Notes: a model not told the origin generated them from the sequence alone. A stretch of DNA of 64,000 nt from Halobacteria archaeon (GCA_036733165.1 DAINBB010000004.1:7198-71197); one strand, 5' to 3'. Positions 18,391-28,689 are shown, numbered from the stretch's first letter. Made by a program: numbers and translations.

Positions 18391-19179
18391 CTATTGGATG
18401 CCCTTTAACATGTTGTCAACGATCTCCTTGACATAGTCCCTCTCATAGCTACCTATCTCGCCATTGTCCGCAAGCTTTGATATCTCGTGGTCCAATGGTA
18501 TCGAGCCGAGGAATGGCACCTCTGCCAACTTTGCAAGAGCCTCGCCCTCGTCCTTGCCGAAGATCTCATACTTCTCTCCGCACTTTGGACAAACGGCATA
18601 TGCCATGTTCTGGACAAGTCCAAGTATCCTTATCTTCATCGTCTTGGACATGCTGATGGCCTTTCTGACTATCTCGAACGCAAGTTGCTGGGGCGAAGTG
18701 ACCACGACCATGCCTTCCAGGTTCATGCTCTGCATGACCGTAAGTGGAGCGTCGCTCGTTCCGGGCGGAAGGTCTACTATGAGGTAGTCCAGTTCCCCCC
18801 ATGAGATGTCAGACATGAACTGCCTGACCGCATTGGCGATCATCGGGCCTCTCCAAATGACCGCGGAAGTGTTGTCATGAAGGACAAGGCTCAACGACAT
18901 TACCCTGATGCCTTCCTTGGTCGCCGGCGGCACTATTCCATCATCCCCCTGAACGGGCAGTTCGGTTATGCCGAACATCTTTGGTATGCTGGGGCCGGTT
19001 ATGTCCGCATCGAGCAGGCCTACCTTGAAACCACTCTTGGCCAGATAGCTTGCGATAAGACCAGAAACGAGAGATTTGCCTACGCCGCCCTTTCCGCTGG
19101 CAACGGCGATCTTGTGTTTTATCTTTCCCATTCGCTCCTCTATTTTTTGATTCTGTTGAACCATTTTTTCATCCATCAT
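18391..19179 (-). CDS. apbC: Mrp/NBP35-family Fe-S cluster carrier ATPase (ApbC)
   Basis: Deviant Walker A 'ASGKGGVGKS', 'LDADITGPS', C-terminal 'CPKCGEKYEIFG' cluster ligands. Confidence 0.9.
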   Translation of the reverse strand: MMDEKMVQQNQKIEERMGKIKHKIAVASGKGGVGKSLVSGLIASYLAKSGFKVGLLDADITGPSIPKMFGITELPVQGDDGIVPPATKEGIRVMSLSLVLHDNTSAVIWRGPMIANAVRQFMSDISWGELDYLIVDLPPGTSDAPLTVMQSMNLEGMVVVTSPQQLAFEIVRKAISMSKTMKIRILGLVQNMAYAVCPKCGEKYEIFGKDEGEALAKLAEVPFLGSIPLDHEISKLADNGEIGSYERDYVKEIVDNMLKGIQ

Positions 19180-19322
19180 TTTGTTGCCTCCTTAATGAAC
19201 AAAGGTGTAAATATATGAACTTCCCTATAAAAAATTAATTGGGACTATTTTTGGCGTGTTGAGAATCGGACCAGTGACAAAAGCAGCAAAAACTTTATTA
19301 TTTCCTAACCATACTAAGTTCA

Positions 19323-19781
19323 ATGAGCGATGATGAAAAGCAATTCAGCAAGAAATATGAGGATTATCTGGAGTCTATCCTCTGCATAGTCACAAAGAAG
19401 GGCTATGCAAGGACCAAGGACGTGGCCAGTGCCCTTAGCATAACCCCGGCCAGTGTCGTAGAGATGTTCAAGAAACTGGACGATGATGAGCTTGTAAATT
19501 ACAGGAAGTACGAAGGCGTCACGCTGACCCCCAGGGGAAAGGAGTTCGCCAAAAGAACGTATAAGAGGCATAAGATCATAAAACAGTTCCTCGAGCTCAT
19601 CAGGGTGCCAAGGGAGATAGCGGACAACGATGCATGCATAATGGACCATCATCTATCATCTGCCACCATAGGCCAGATACGCAACCTGATCCAGTTCATA
19701 GAGGAGGCTCCCATCTCAGAGGAATGGCTGGAACAGTACAGGGAGTTTCTCAGTACGGGCAAGATAAACAGAAATCATTAA
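19323..19781 (+). CDS. DtxR/MntR-family metal-dependent transcriptional regulator
   Basis: Winged HTH 'ARTKDVASALSITPASVVEMFKKLDDDELV' followed by metal-site residues ('HKIIKQFL', 'CIMDHH'). Confidence 0.85.
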   Translation: MSDDEKQFSKKYEDYLESILCIVTKKGYARTKDVASALSITPASVVEMFKKLDDDELVNYRKYEGVTLTPRGKEFAKRTYKRHKIIKQFLELIRVPREIADNDACIMDHHLSSATIGQIRNLIQFIEEAPISEEWLEQYREFLSTGKINRNH

Positions 19782-19833
19782 AATGCTCCATGACGGATTC
19801 AATAAACAAGTATTGTTCTCAAGGCGATGATAA

Positions 19834-20169
19834 ATGACCTCCAAACAGAAGGCAAAAGGATACTTTTATGAAAAAAAGACCGAAGACTACCTTAACACCA
19901 TCAACGGGGTAAGCGCGAAGAGATCTGTAGCATCTGGCGCCTATGGTAGATTCAGCAAGGAATTGGACGGGGATGTGAGGGCAAACATCCACAAGGACAC
20001 CTACAAGGTGGAATCAAAGGCAAGGAACAAGGAGTTCCCTAAATGGATGGAAAACGCATTCTTGCAGGGAGATGTGGTCTTCTTTTGGAAACCGAGGTGC
20101 GAGCCTGTGGTGGCCATGCCTTTCGAAATATTCAAGAAGATGATAGAGGATGCGGAGGAGACGGAATAG
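19834..20169 (+). CDS. Holliday-junction-resolvase-like PD-(D/E)xK nuclease (Hjc-like)
   Basis: 111 aa with the Hjc pattern: N-terminal Lys-rich 'KGYFYEKKTEDYL', 'ASGAYG', 'DGDV' ... 'YKVESKAR' (E-x-K). Confidence 0.5.
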   Translation: MTSKQKAKGYFYEKKTEDYLNTINGVSAKRSVASGAYGRFSKELDGDVRANIHKDTYKVESKARNKEFPKWMENAFLQGDVVFFWKPRCEPVVAMPFEIFKKMIEDAEETE

Positions 20170-20171
20170 TC

Positions 20172-20669
20172 TCACTCCACACCAAACATCCTTATCCCCT
20201 TTTTCTCGAGTGTCGATATCACTGAGATAGATATCACCGCCCCTATCATGAACTGCGCGAAGTTGAACGGCAGTTCCTCCAATGCCGCCGGCAGACCGAA
20301 AAGATAGGTCTCTGCAATGAAGTAACCTGACGTGAGGACAATCCCCCCCACGATCAGGGCCAGGGCCCTCGTCCTTATGTCCCTTCTCTTTCCGATAATG
20401 CCCACCAGCAGGCCCTCTACGCCCTTTACTACGAAGGTTATGGGGGCAAAGGAACCAAAACCCAGGTACAGGTCTGCGAGGGCGGAACCTACACCGCCCG
20501 CAAATCCTGCGGTAATGCCACCGAATAGAAAGGCCGTGATGTATATGGCGGTCTCCCCGAAGTTGAAGTAACCTCCTGTGGCGGCGATTGGAATTGGCGG
20601 AATTATGGCCGTGGCTATGAACACCAGTGCAGTGAATGACGCCCTTATGGCAATATCGCGGGATTGCAT
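20172..20669 (-). CDS. Small polytopic membrane protein, ECF-transporter S-component-like
   Basis: 165 aa with 5-6 Gly-rich TM helices ('FGGITAGFAGGVGSALADLY'). No ATPase or T component nearby. Confidence 0.4.
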   Translation of the reverse strand: MQSRDIAIRASFTALVFIATAIIPPIPIAATGGYFNFGETAIYITAFLFGGITAGFAGGVGSALADLYLGFGSFAPITFVVKGVEGLLVGIIGKRRDIRTRALALIVGGIVLTSGYFIAETYLFGLPAALEELPFNFAQFMIGAVISISVISTLEKKGIRMFGVE

Positions 20670-20730
20670 AAGATATGCAAATTCTCAAAGGATTAAAAAA
20701 ACTATGCTTAATAACTCATATGTGTTATGA

Positions 20731-21963
20731 CTAGAACCATTCGTCCAAGACCTTCTGTCTAGAGGTGAAGTTCAGGAGCTGTGACCTATCAATGTACCTT
20801 CTTGCCGGAAGCGTGAGGAATCCGTCAAGGTCGGCTATCGCCTCGTCCAGCGTGTCGAACTTCTTCGGCCCCCGCTCCAAGGCATCCTCGAGTATCGTTC
20901 TTACCCTCCAAACGCCGATTGGCGTGTGATACGAAGGTTGCACCTCCATGATCACCAAGGCCATTGCCTGTCTCTTGATATTATCAAGGTACCTTGTGAC
21001 AGGGAGCCTGCCTGCATAATATGCCCCCGTTATCACATCGGCATACTTCTTCCTTCCTGTAAAGTACTCCCAGTCCGATATTATGCTCGGGTTGATGTCC
21101 TCGCCGGAGAACAGGGACCCTGGCAGCCAGCATTCCAGGAACTCATAGGACCATACGCCCGGAATAAATAACGCCGCCAGTTTGTTACCTATCTCCTCGT
21201 GGTGGAACACCATGTGTTCAGATATCTGGGGGCGCTGCCTGACAGACCTCATGAGGTCCTTGGACAATATGTCATCGGTGGCTGTTATGGACCATCTGGT
21301 GGGAACGAACTTTCGATTCTTCTGTTCCCCAAGTATCCCTGCAGAGAGCAGTTTGGAGATATGGGACACATCCACCCCCCTATCGTATAACGTCTTGATG
21401 CCTTCTGTTGCCAACAGGTCGTCGTTGTGCACCTTGTCTATGCTGTTGGGAATGTGTGGATTCTGGGCAAGGTCCAACTTTCTAAGTATCTCCGACGGAC
21501 CGTGTGGAGCCGAGAACTCGGACAGCTTCATTCCAAATCTTGGTTTCTTCTCAAATGACAACTCCGTGTCGACCGGCCTGTCGGACATCACTATGTCCTG
21601 CATCAGCATGACGCGTCTGATGGGGTCCCTGGCGACCTTGACGTCCAATTGGTCCTTGGAGCGTATGAGCGACGTCCTGAAATCGATTATCTCTTCCAAC
21701 TGTCTCCCATGCCAGCTCTCGGGCCTGTCCATATCCGATGTATCGCCGATTATGGGGGGCACGAGAGGACCCATGTATACCTTCGGATAGTTCCAACTGC
21801 CCACGAATATGGACGATGGAGATGAACCAAATATGTCCTTGGAGAGTTTTGGCATCACCTTCGACCTGATTCTCACCCGCTCCAATATGGGACAGAGCGG
21901 CCTTCCGCACAATAGCTTGTTCCCCTTGCAGATGGCACATCTCTCCCCCTTGGACATTTGCAT
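20731..21963 (-). CDS. Archaeal Nre-family protein (DUF650/DUF651; putative DNA-repair protein)
   Basis: N-terminal zinc ribbon 'CAICKGNKLLCGRPLCP' followed by ~390 aa. Size and layout fit NreA/NreB. I could not check this by alignment. Confidence 0.5.
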   Translation of the reverse strand: MQMSKGERCAICKGNKLLCGRPLCPILERVRIRSKVMPKLSKDIFGSSPSSIFVGSWNYPKVYMGPLVPPIIGDTSDMDRPESWHGRQLEEIIDFRTSLIRSKDQLDVKVARDPIRRVMLMQDIVMSDRPVDTELSFEKKPRFGMKLSEFSAPHGPSEILRKLDLAQNPHIPNSIDKVHNDDLLATEGIKTLYDRGVDVSHISKLLSAGILGEQKNRKFVPTRWSITATDDILSKDLMRSVRQRPQISEHMVFHHEEIGNKLAALFIPGVWSYEFLECWLPGSLFSGEDINPSIISDWEYFTGRKKYADVITGAYYAGRLPVTRYLDNIKRQAMALVIMEVQPSYHTPIGVWRVRTILEDALERGPKKFDTLDEAIADLDGFLTLPARRYIDRSQLLNFTSRQKVLDEWF

Positions 21964-22155
21964 GGATAAAGCTCTCCGGGGAAATAGTTAAGGATTTCGA
22001 TTTGTCCATCGGGGTCTGAATGCCAATAGATATGGTTTTGCATATCACGCGCCCGATTCCCATATACAAGGGCGAGGGATGCATAACGTATATATTATTG
22101 TAAATCAATATATTCATCTTCATGATCCCAATTCCATATATAACGTGGTGTTATA

Positions 22156-23343
22156 ATGATAGAATATAACGATCTGTTCTCTGAAAGAGTCAAGGACCTA
22201 AAGGCATCAGAAGTGAGGGAATTACTAAAACTCACAATGAGGCCAGAGATAATATCATTCGCAGGAGGACTGCCGAATCCAAAGTCATTTCCCATGGAGG
22301 ATATCTTCAGGATATCCCAAAGCGTCCTTTTGAACTCCGGAGAGGATGCTCTGCAATACACCACCACAGAGGGTTATCCTGAACTCAGGAAGTTCCTCGC
22401 GGCAAGGGAAAGGAGCGTAAGCGTCCTTGCGACCGAGGAAAACATACTGATAACGTCCGGTAGCCAACAGGGGCTGGAACTGGTGGCAAAGACGTTCATA
22501 AATCCCGGAGACAAGATAATTGTTGAAAGTCCCAGTTATCTTGGGGGGCTCTCGGCCTTCAAGATGTATCAGGCCCAGTTCGAGACGGTCCCGCTGGAGG
22601 AGGATGGCGCAGACCTCGATAGGCTTAGAGAAATACTGGACAGATCGGAAACGAGGCCAAAACTGTTCTACACCGTCCCGACGTTCCAGAATCCCTCGGG
22701 TATCACATATTCCAAGGACAAGAGGAAAGAGCTGGCAGAGATAGCCTACGAGTACGATCTGACAATACTGGAGGACAATCCGTATGAAAAGCTCAGATTC
22801 GCAGGTAACAGGATAAAATCGATAAAGGCCTATGCGCCAGAGAACACCATATACCTGTCCACGTTCTCAAAGGTCCTGTCGCCCGGCTTCAGGCTTGCCT
22901 GGATATGTGCGCCAAAAGAAGTGATAGACAAGCTCATAATAGTGAAACAGGCGACCGACCTCTGCTCAAACTCCTATGTTCAGCATATCACATACCAGCT
23001 TTTGCTAAGAGGGCTCATAGATAGGCACGTGCCATGGATAGCGGCCATGTACAAGGAAAAGAGGGACATCATGCTTGACGCCATGGAGAAATACTTCCCA
23101 GAGGGGGTGACCTGGACAAGACCCGATGGTGGCATGTTCATATGGGTAACGCTTCCGGAACATATTAATGCAAAGGAGATGTTCCCAGAGGCCTTGAAGG
23201 AGAATGTGGCCTATGTGCACGGCGGCGCCTTCCACGTGGAAGGGGGATTCAATCACATGAGACTTGCGTTCATCTATGAGTCTAACGAAAATATAGTGGA
23301 AGGGATAAAGAGACTGGGCATGGTCATAAAGAACAACCTATGA
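22156..23343 (+). CDS. PLP-dependent aminotransferase, class I/II (2-aminoadipate/aromatic-type)
   Basis: 'TVPTFQNPSGITYS', 'STFSKVLSPGFRLAW' (PLP Lys in SKV), 'LILEDNPYEKLRF'. Confidence 0.85.
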   Translation: MIEYNDLFSERVKDLKASEVRELLKLTMRPEIISFAGGLPNPKSFPMEDIFRISQSVLLNSGEDALQYTTTEGYPELRKFLAARERSVSVLATEENILITSGSQQGLELVAKTFINPGDKIIVESPSYLGGLSAFKMYQAQFETVPLEEDGADLDRLREILDRSETRPKLFYTVPTFQNPSGITYSKDKRKELAEIAYEYDLTILEDNPYEKLRFAGNRIKSIKAYAPENTIYLSTFSKVLSPGFRLAWICAPKEVIDKLIIVKQATDLCSNSYVQHITYQLLLRGLIDRHVPWIAAMYKEKRDIMLDAMEKYFPEGVTWTRPDGGMFIWVTLPEHINAKEMFPEALKENVAYVHGGAFHVEGGFNHMRLAFIYESNENIVEGIKRLGMVIKNNL

Positions 23344-23344
23344 G

Positions 23345-23848
23345 CTAACCGTACATCCCTCCGCCCTCATTTTTCAGAAGCAGCCTATCCAGTTCGAGGC
23401 TCAGTTTCTTGTCGAGCTTGCCCTGACTCTTCGAGATGGAGGATAGGGGATTTCCCACTATATTGAAAGGGCCTGTCATGACATTCGTGAAGTCTTCCTC
23501 AAGAGGTTTGGGATCTATCTTGGATATGGATTCGATAACCTCCAATGAGACCTCTCCAGATTTCCTGATGTCCTCTTGGATCTTCAATAGCATGGTTTTC
23601 GAAAGGTCCCTCCACCCGAAGGACATGGTGTATGGCGTTTCTACCCTATCGGATTTTGTGCTCCCCCCCACGCTCAGATTGTTGTAGGGGGAGATGTGAT
23701 GTGTCTTTATCTGCCAAAGTCGCCTGTCCTTTTGTATCAGCACGACGGACCTGTTCTTTTTGTCGACCCCTAACGTGATGAACCATCCCAGAGGGTCACG
23801 GTTGTACCTAGTATAGACCTCTTCAAATATGTCTTTGCTACTTTGCAT
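23345..23848 (-). CDS. Hypothetical protein
   Basis: The ORF runs to 23953, but the upstream part overlaps iscU. The likely start is the Met of 'MQSSKDIFEE' (~23848). No motif recognised. Confidence 0.4.
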   Translation of the reverse strand: MQSSKDIFEEVYTRYNRDPLGWFITLGVDKKNRSVVLIQKDRRLWQIKTHHISPYNNLSVGGSTKSDRVETPYTMSFGWRDLSKTMLLKIQEDIRKSGEVSLEVIESISKIDPKPLEEDFTNVMTGPFNIVGNPLSSISKSQGKLDKKLSLELDRLLLKNEGGGMYG

Positions 23849-24218
23849 GCCTGTCACGGTATTTTTTGATAGCCTTTTCAAAGGCATCCGGTGCCAGGAC
23901 CGAGCAATGGATCTTCTTTTCAGGAAGGCCCCCAAGCTCGTTGACCACCACATCGCTGGTGATCTTCAATGCATCATCTATCGTCTTTCCTTTCACAAGC
24001 TCGGTGAATATGGAAGATGTGGCTATGGCGGCACCGCAACCGAACGTCTTGAACTTTACATCAACGACCTTGTCATCCTTTATCTTCAGATACAGGGTAA
24101 GCATATCACCGCATACGGGACTGCCGACGGTCTCCACTATATCGGCATCCTTCATCATTCCAACATTCTTGGGATTCTCAAAATGTTTTATGACCTTCTC
24201 ATTGAATTCGTAAGCCAT
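23838..24218 (-). CDS. iscU: Fe-S cluster assembly scaffold IscU/NifU
   Basis: 'GSPVCGDMLTLYL', 'FKTFGCGAAIATSS', 'HCSVLAPDA': the three conserved Cys plus His. Confidence 0.9.
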   Translation of the reverse strand: MAYEFNEKVIKHFENPKNVGMMKDADIVETVGSPVCGDMLTLYLKIKDDKVVDVKFKTFGCGAAIATSSIFTELVKGKTIDDALKITSDVVVNELGGLPEKKIHCSVLAPDAFEKAIKKYRDRHAK

Positions 24219-24221
24219 TTC

Positions 24222-25385
24222 CTATTCCTCCTTCCACAGGGGGGACATCGCCCTTAGTCTGGATACTATGTTCTCCAGGGAATCGATGGTGTAGTCAACC
24301 TCCTGCATTGTGTTCATCCTGCTGAGAGAGAGCCTCAATGACCCATAGGCCTCTATTTGGGTCAGGCCCATCGCCATGAGAACATGCGAGGCCTTGCTCT
24401 TCTTCGAGGAGCAGGCGGACCCCGTCGATGCCGCGATGCCTGTCCTGTCAAGGGCAAGTATCAACGCTTCGCCCTCGATCGCCTCGAAAGACATGTTCAC
24501 ATTGTTGCATAATCTGTCTGTGGGATGCCCATTGAGTTTCACATTAGGTATCCTGTCAGTGATACCGGATATGAGTGCATCCCTAAGGTTTGTCATGTAA
24601 GCGATATCCTTGTCGAGATCATTCTTTGCCATCTCACAAGCCTTCCCCAATCCAACTATCCCCGGTATGTTCTCCGTTGAGGACCTAAGGCCCCGTTCAT
24701 GGCCGCCGCCGAATATTATCGGCTCTATGGGTGTTCCGTCCTTTATATAAAGTGCGCCTATCCCCTTTGGGCCATGTAGCTTGTGTCCAGAAATCGACAA
24801 GAGGTCGATATTGTCCTTTGAGACATCAATAGGCAGTTTTCCCAATGTCTGTACCGCATCGGTGTGAAAGAGTGCCCCGTTCTCATGTGCGATCCTGCCA
24901 ATCTCCCTGATGGGTTGTATCGTTCCGACCTCATTGTTTGCATGCATTATGGTCACCAGAGTGGTCCTCTGGCATATGGCATCCTCCAGATCTTCCAATG
25001 ATACTGAACCCTTGTCATCAACGGGGAGATATGATACATCAAATCCACTTTTCTCCAAATGCTCACATGTTTCGAGCACTGCTGGGTGTTCGATCGAGGA
25101 TGTGATTATATGATTGCCCTTTTCCTTGAGGGCCTCTGCAACACCTCTTATCGCAATGTTATCAGATTCCGTGCCGCCAGCAGTGAATATTATCTCACTT
25201 GCATCGGCATTTATGATATTCGCCACCATGGCCCTTGAGTCCTTCATCGCCACAGAGGCATCTCTGCCAAAGCTGTGCAGGCTTGAAGCATTTCCATAAA
25301 ATTCAGTGAAGTATGGCAACATGGCCTTTAGGACCTTTTCATCGACTCTTGTAGTGGCGCTATTGTCAAAATATATCTTGTCCAT
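24222..25385 (-). CDS. iscS: Cysteine desulfurase (IscS/NifS)
   Basis: PLP site 'SISGHKLHGPKGIGALY', active-site loop 'ASTGSACSS'. Adjacent to iscU. Confidence 0.9.
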   Translation of the reverse strand: MDKIYFDNSATTRVDEKVLKAMLPYFTEFYGNASSLHSFGRDASVAMKDSRAMVANIINADASEIIFTAGGTESDNIAIRGVAEALKEKGNHIITSSIEHPAVLETCEHLEKSGFDVSYLPVDDKGSVSLEDLEDAICQRTTLVTIMHANNEVGTIQPIREIGRIAHENGALFHTDAVQTLGKLPIDVSKDNIDLLSISGHKLHGPKGIGALYIKDGTPIEPIIFGGGHERGLRSSTENIPGIVGLGKACEMAKNDLDKDIAYMTNLRDALISGITDRIPNVKLNGHPTDRLCNNVNMSFEAIEGEALILALDRTGIAASTGSACSSKKSKASHVLMAMGLTQIEAYGSLRLSLSRMNTMQEVDYTIDSLENIVSRLRAMSPLWKEE

Positions 25386-25448
25386 ACAAACACCAATTTG
25401 TGATTCTCACAAGACAACATTTAAAAGTTATCGTTAAGAGAGAAGCCC

Positions 25449-26255
25449 ATGATACTCATTATCGCCTCTGAACAGGACCCTGCAGGCATGAACATAGCCA
25501 ATAACATGCTTGAGCACTATGACTTCGAAAGGACCTCAGAAGGCATGTATGAGTATATGAAAAAAGACGCCATACTTACCATCATCAAGGAAAGGACGAT
25601 ATACTCAGACTTCATAGAAAAGGGATTTCCTGATGTCGAGGCGAACTTCTTTATAACCAGACATAGTTCGGAGAGGGGGGTCAAGACCCTTTCGGTTCAC
25701 TCGCCGGGCAACTTCAAGGATGCGATGCACGGAGGAAAAGAGGGCATGTTGTGTCCGTCAAATCCCATAGCCCAAAAGATTGCACTAAGAAGTCTTGTCA
25801 GGCAGAGGGACGAGACGGGGATCGAGTATGAGGTTTCCTTGGAGGCCACCCATCACGGGCCATTGACCGCAGTGCCTACGACATTTTTCGAAGTGGGCAG
25901 CAAATCGGAACAATGGAACGATGCACAGGCAGGCGATCTGGTCGCGAATGCCACAATGGAGGCCCTTGACTGGAAGGACCACGAATACCCTTTGGCCATT
26001 GGCATTGGCGGGGGACATTACCCGATAAAGATCTCGGAGGCCATCGACAGGAGCGAATGGGCCATTGGCCACATAATACCAAAATATGCATTTCCAATAG
26101 ACAGGGGGACCATGATCAAGACCTTCGAGTATAACAGCGGCGGAAATACAGCCATCTTTGACTGGAAGGGCACCCCTAATCGTTCCTATTATGCGGAAAT
26201 GGTCTCATCTTTGGGATACGATGTGTTGAAAACTAAGGATTTGACCTTTTTGTAG
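25449..26255 (+). CDS. dtdA: D-aminoacyl-tRNA deacylase, archaeal type (DtdA)
   Basis: N-terminus 'MILIIASEQDPAGMNIANNM' and overall ~270 aa size match the archaeal DtdA family. Confidence 0.7.
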   Translation: MILIIASEQDPAGMNIANNMLEHYDFERTSEGMYEYMKKDAILTIIKERTIYSDFIEKGFPDVEANFFITRHSSERGVKTLSVHSPGNFKDAMHGGKEGMLCPSNPIAQKIALRSLVRQRDETGIEYEVSLEATHHGPLTAVPTTFFEVGSKSEQWNDAQAGDLVANATMEALDWKDHEYPLAIGIGGGHYPIKISEAIDRSEWAIGHIIPKYAFPIDRGTMIKTFEYNSGGNTAIFDWKGTPNRSYYAEMVSSLGYDVLKTKDLTFL

Positions 26256-26383
26256 CCGTAAATATGGGGAGAATAGTACAAAGATGATAAAAAGGGTTAA
26301 TTATGAGCTATTTTATGAATAAAAACCTTTAAATAGTATAAATCAAACTTATAAACAAATAATTATCATTTCCATTTCGCTAA

Positions 26384-27520
26384 TTGGAGGTATATGACTT
26401 GAAAACGCTTATAGAGGACGCAGTTGCACGTGCATCTCAATGCGAAACTGCCTTATCATTTGACAAATCTACAGCCGATGACGAGGAACTAGAGGAGATA
26501 ATCAAGGAATGCCAGGCCAGGATAAAGGTAATAGGCGTTGGGGGTGCCGGCTGTAATGCCATTACAAGGCTAATTGAAGTTGGCGTGGAAGGTAGCGAGG
26601 ACATAGCCGTTAACACAGATGCCCAAGATCTTAGAAAGTGCAGGGCCAACAAGAAGATCCTGATAGGCACTGAGATAAGCAAGGGACTTGGGGCCGGAAA
26701 CAATCCATCTGTCGGAGAACAGGCCGCCAAGGAAGATGAGAGACTTCTCAGGGAAGCCATCGACAAGGCTGATATGGTATTCGTCACCTGCGGTCTTGGA
26801 GGAGGCACTGGAACAGGTGCCGCACCAATAATCGCCGATGTTGCCAAGAAGACCGGCGCCCTGACAGTGGGGATAGTCACTCTTCCATTCACAGTTGAAG
26901 GTATCAGAAGGCAGAGAAACGCAGAGAAAGGCCTTGAAAATCTCAGAAGGTCATCAGATACTGTCATAGTCATTCCAAATGACAAACTACTGGAACTTGC
27001 TCCGGGACTGCCGATAGGCGCCGCATTCAAGGTTTCCGACGACATACTTATACAGTCGGTAAGGGGAATCACGGAACTCATAACAAAGCCAGGTCTGATC
27101 AACCTTGACTTTGCAGATGTCAGGTCCGTAATGAGCGACGGCGGCGTTGCCATGATAGGCATGGGGGAGTCCGATACGGAGAACAGGGCCATGGAAGCCG
27201 TTGACGAAGCCTTGCATTCACCGCTCATCGATGTCGATGCCACGGGTGCCAGGGGTGCCCTTATCAACATCACAGGTTCAAACGACCTTAAGCTAGAGGA
27301 GTCCGAGCGTATAGTGGAAGCGGTTTCCAATGAATTGGACCCAGAGGCCCAGGTCATTTGGGGTGCCCAGATCGATGAGTCGCTGAAAGGCACCGTGAGA
27401 GTGCTACTTGTTCTGTCAGGAGTAAACTCGCCATATATACTAGGACCCAGGGAAACAGAAATGCTTTTAGGGGATGAGGCAGAGAAGAGCAGCATCAACC
27501 TAGGAATAGACTTTATCTAA
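26384..27520 (+). CDS. ftsZ: Cell division GTPase FtsZ
   Basis: 'GVGGAGCNAI' and tubulin signature 'GGGTGTGAAP', T7 loop 'NLDFADV'. TTG start. TATA-like 'tttaaatagtataaat' ~60 nt upstream. Confidence 0.95.
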   Translation: MEVYDLKTLIEDAVARASQCETALSFDKSTADDEELEEIIKECQARIKVIGVGGAGCNAITRLIEVGVEGSEDIAVNTDAQDLRKCRANKKILIGTEISKGLGAGNNPSVGEQAAKEDERLLREAIDKADMVFVTCGLGGGTGTGAAPIIADVAKKTGALTVGIVTLPFTVEGIRRQRNAEKGLENLRRSSDTVIVIPNDKLLELAPGLPIGAAFKVSDDILIQSVRGITELITKPGLINLDFADVRSVMSDGGVAMIGMGESDTENRAMEAVDEALHSPLIDVDATGARGALINITGSNDLKLEESERIVEAVSNELDPEAQVIWGAQIDESLKGTVRVLLVLSGVNSPYILGPRETEMLLGDEAEKSSINLGIDFI

Positions 27521-27541
27521 CACACGGAAACTGGTGGTAAT

Positions 27542-27727
27542 ATGGAAAGAAAGGGACTTTCGGAGTCTTTACGAGGTTACAGAAAAGTACTTAAACTGAC
27601 AAAGAAACCAGACAGAAAGGAGTTTATGCAAACGGCAAAGATATGCGCGTTGGGCATAGTATTGGTGGCAATCGTAGGCTTTGTTATCAAGCTTGTGTCA
27701 TCATTGATCCAAGGAACAACATTCTAG
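27542..27727 (+). CDS. secE: Preprotein translocase subunit SecE (Sec61-gamma)
   Basis: 61 aa, basic N-terminus plus a single TM helix 'ICALGIVLVAIVGFVIKLV'. Conserved position upstream of spt5-rpl11. Confidence 0.8.
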   Translation: MERKGLSESLRGYRKVLKLTKKPDRKEFMQTAKICALGIVLVAIVGFVIKLVSSLIQGTTF

Positions 27728-27741
27728 ATAGTGTGAAGTAT

Positions 27742-28206
27742 ATGGAACCTGAATACTCTATCTTTATTTTAAAGACGACAATGAATCAGGAAAGAAATGT
27801 AGCGACGATACTCGAGGAAAAGATCAAGAATAAGGGTATAAAGGTCTCTGCGATTCTTGCACCGGAAAGTTTAAAAGGGTACATATTCATTGAAGCCATC
27901 GACGAGGGTGCGGTACAGGAAGCAATAGACGGTCTGAAGAACGTGCGGGGAATACTTCCTGGACATGTTCCGTTCAACGAGGTTGAAAACTTCTTCGAAG
28001 ACAAACCCGCTGTCGAAGGCATCAAACCTGGTGACATAATAGAGCTCGTTGCCGGACCGTTCAAGGGCGAGAAGGCAAAGGTCATACGCATCGACGAAGG
28101 TAAGGAAGAACTTACTGTCGAGCTTCTTGAGGTCACAATACCAATTCCTGTCACCGTTAATGGAAGTTACGTTAGGATTATAGAGAAGAAAACAAAGGAA
28201 GAATAG
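27742..28206 (+). CDS. spt5: Transcription elongation factor Spt5 (NusG)
   Basis: NGN domain 'IFILKTTMNQERNVATIL', KOW motif 'GDIIELVAGPFKGEKAKV'. The listed ORF (27643) runs back into secE; start taken at the in-frame ATG ~27742. Confidence 0.85.
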   Translation: MEPEYSIFILKTTMNQERNVATILEEKIKNKGIKVSAILAPESLKGYIFIEAIDEGAVQEAIDGLKNVRGILPGHVPFNEVENFFEDKPAVEGIKPGDIIELVAGPFKGEKAKVIRIDEGKEELTVELLEVTIPIPVTVNGSYVRIIEKKTKEE

Positions 28207-28218
28207 GTGAGAGAATAG

Positions 28219-28689
28219 ATGGCACAATCCGTAAAGACGCTGGTAGATGGTGGTAAGGCATCTGCTGGGCCCCCTCTGGGACCAGCGCTGGGACCCCTTG
28301 GTGTACCTGTTCCAAAGGTTGTACAGGCAATAAACGATAAGACCAAGGACTTCAACGGTATGAAGGTTCCAGTGACCATCACCGTGGATGACAAGAGGAA
28401 CTTCGAGATAGAGGTGGGCACCCCGCCTACCACAGCACTACTGAAGAAAGAGTTGGGCATCGAGAAGGGCCCACAGAATCCTGGCGCCGAGAGCGGGGGA
28501 AATCTGAACTTTGAATCCATAGTCAAAATAGCCGGGATGAAAAAGGACAGCCTGTTGTCCTATGATATGAAGAGCGCTGCGAAGGAAGTGCTCGGTGCTG
28601 GCATACCAATGAGTATGACAGTTGACGATAAACCAATAAAACAAGTTCAAAAGGAAATCGACGAAGGCAAGTACGACGAGTACTTTTAG
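28219..28689 (+). CDS. rpl11: 50S ribosomal protein L11 (uL11)
   Basis: 'GGKASAGPPLGPALGPLGV', 'PVTITV'. Confidence 0.95.
   Translation: MAQSVKTLVDGGKASAGPPLGPALGPLGVPVPKVVQAINDKTKDFNGMKVPVTITVDDKRNFEIEVGTPPTTALLKKELGIEKGPQNPGAESGGNLNFESIVKIAGMKKDSLLSYDMKSAAKEVLGAGIPMSMTVDDKPIKQVQKEIDEGKYDEYF

Noticed and set aside
20014-20688. 224-aa Arg/His/Gly-rich ORF overlapping the small membrane-protein gene
   Set aside because: Alternative frame of 20172-20669. Highly basic low-complexity sequence with no plausible fold. The membrane-protein frame is the coherent one.
26437-27498. 353-aa Ser/Ala/Pro-rich ORF antisense to ftsZ
   Set aside because: Low-complexity translation of the opposite strand of the Gly/Ala-rich FtsZ gene. 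No start context and no motifs.
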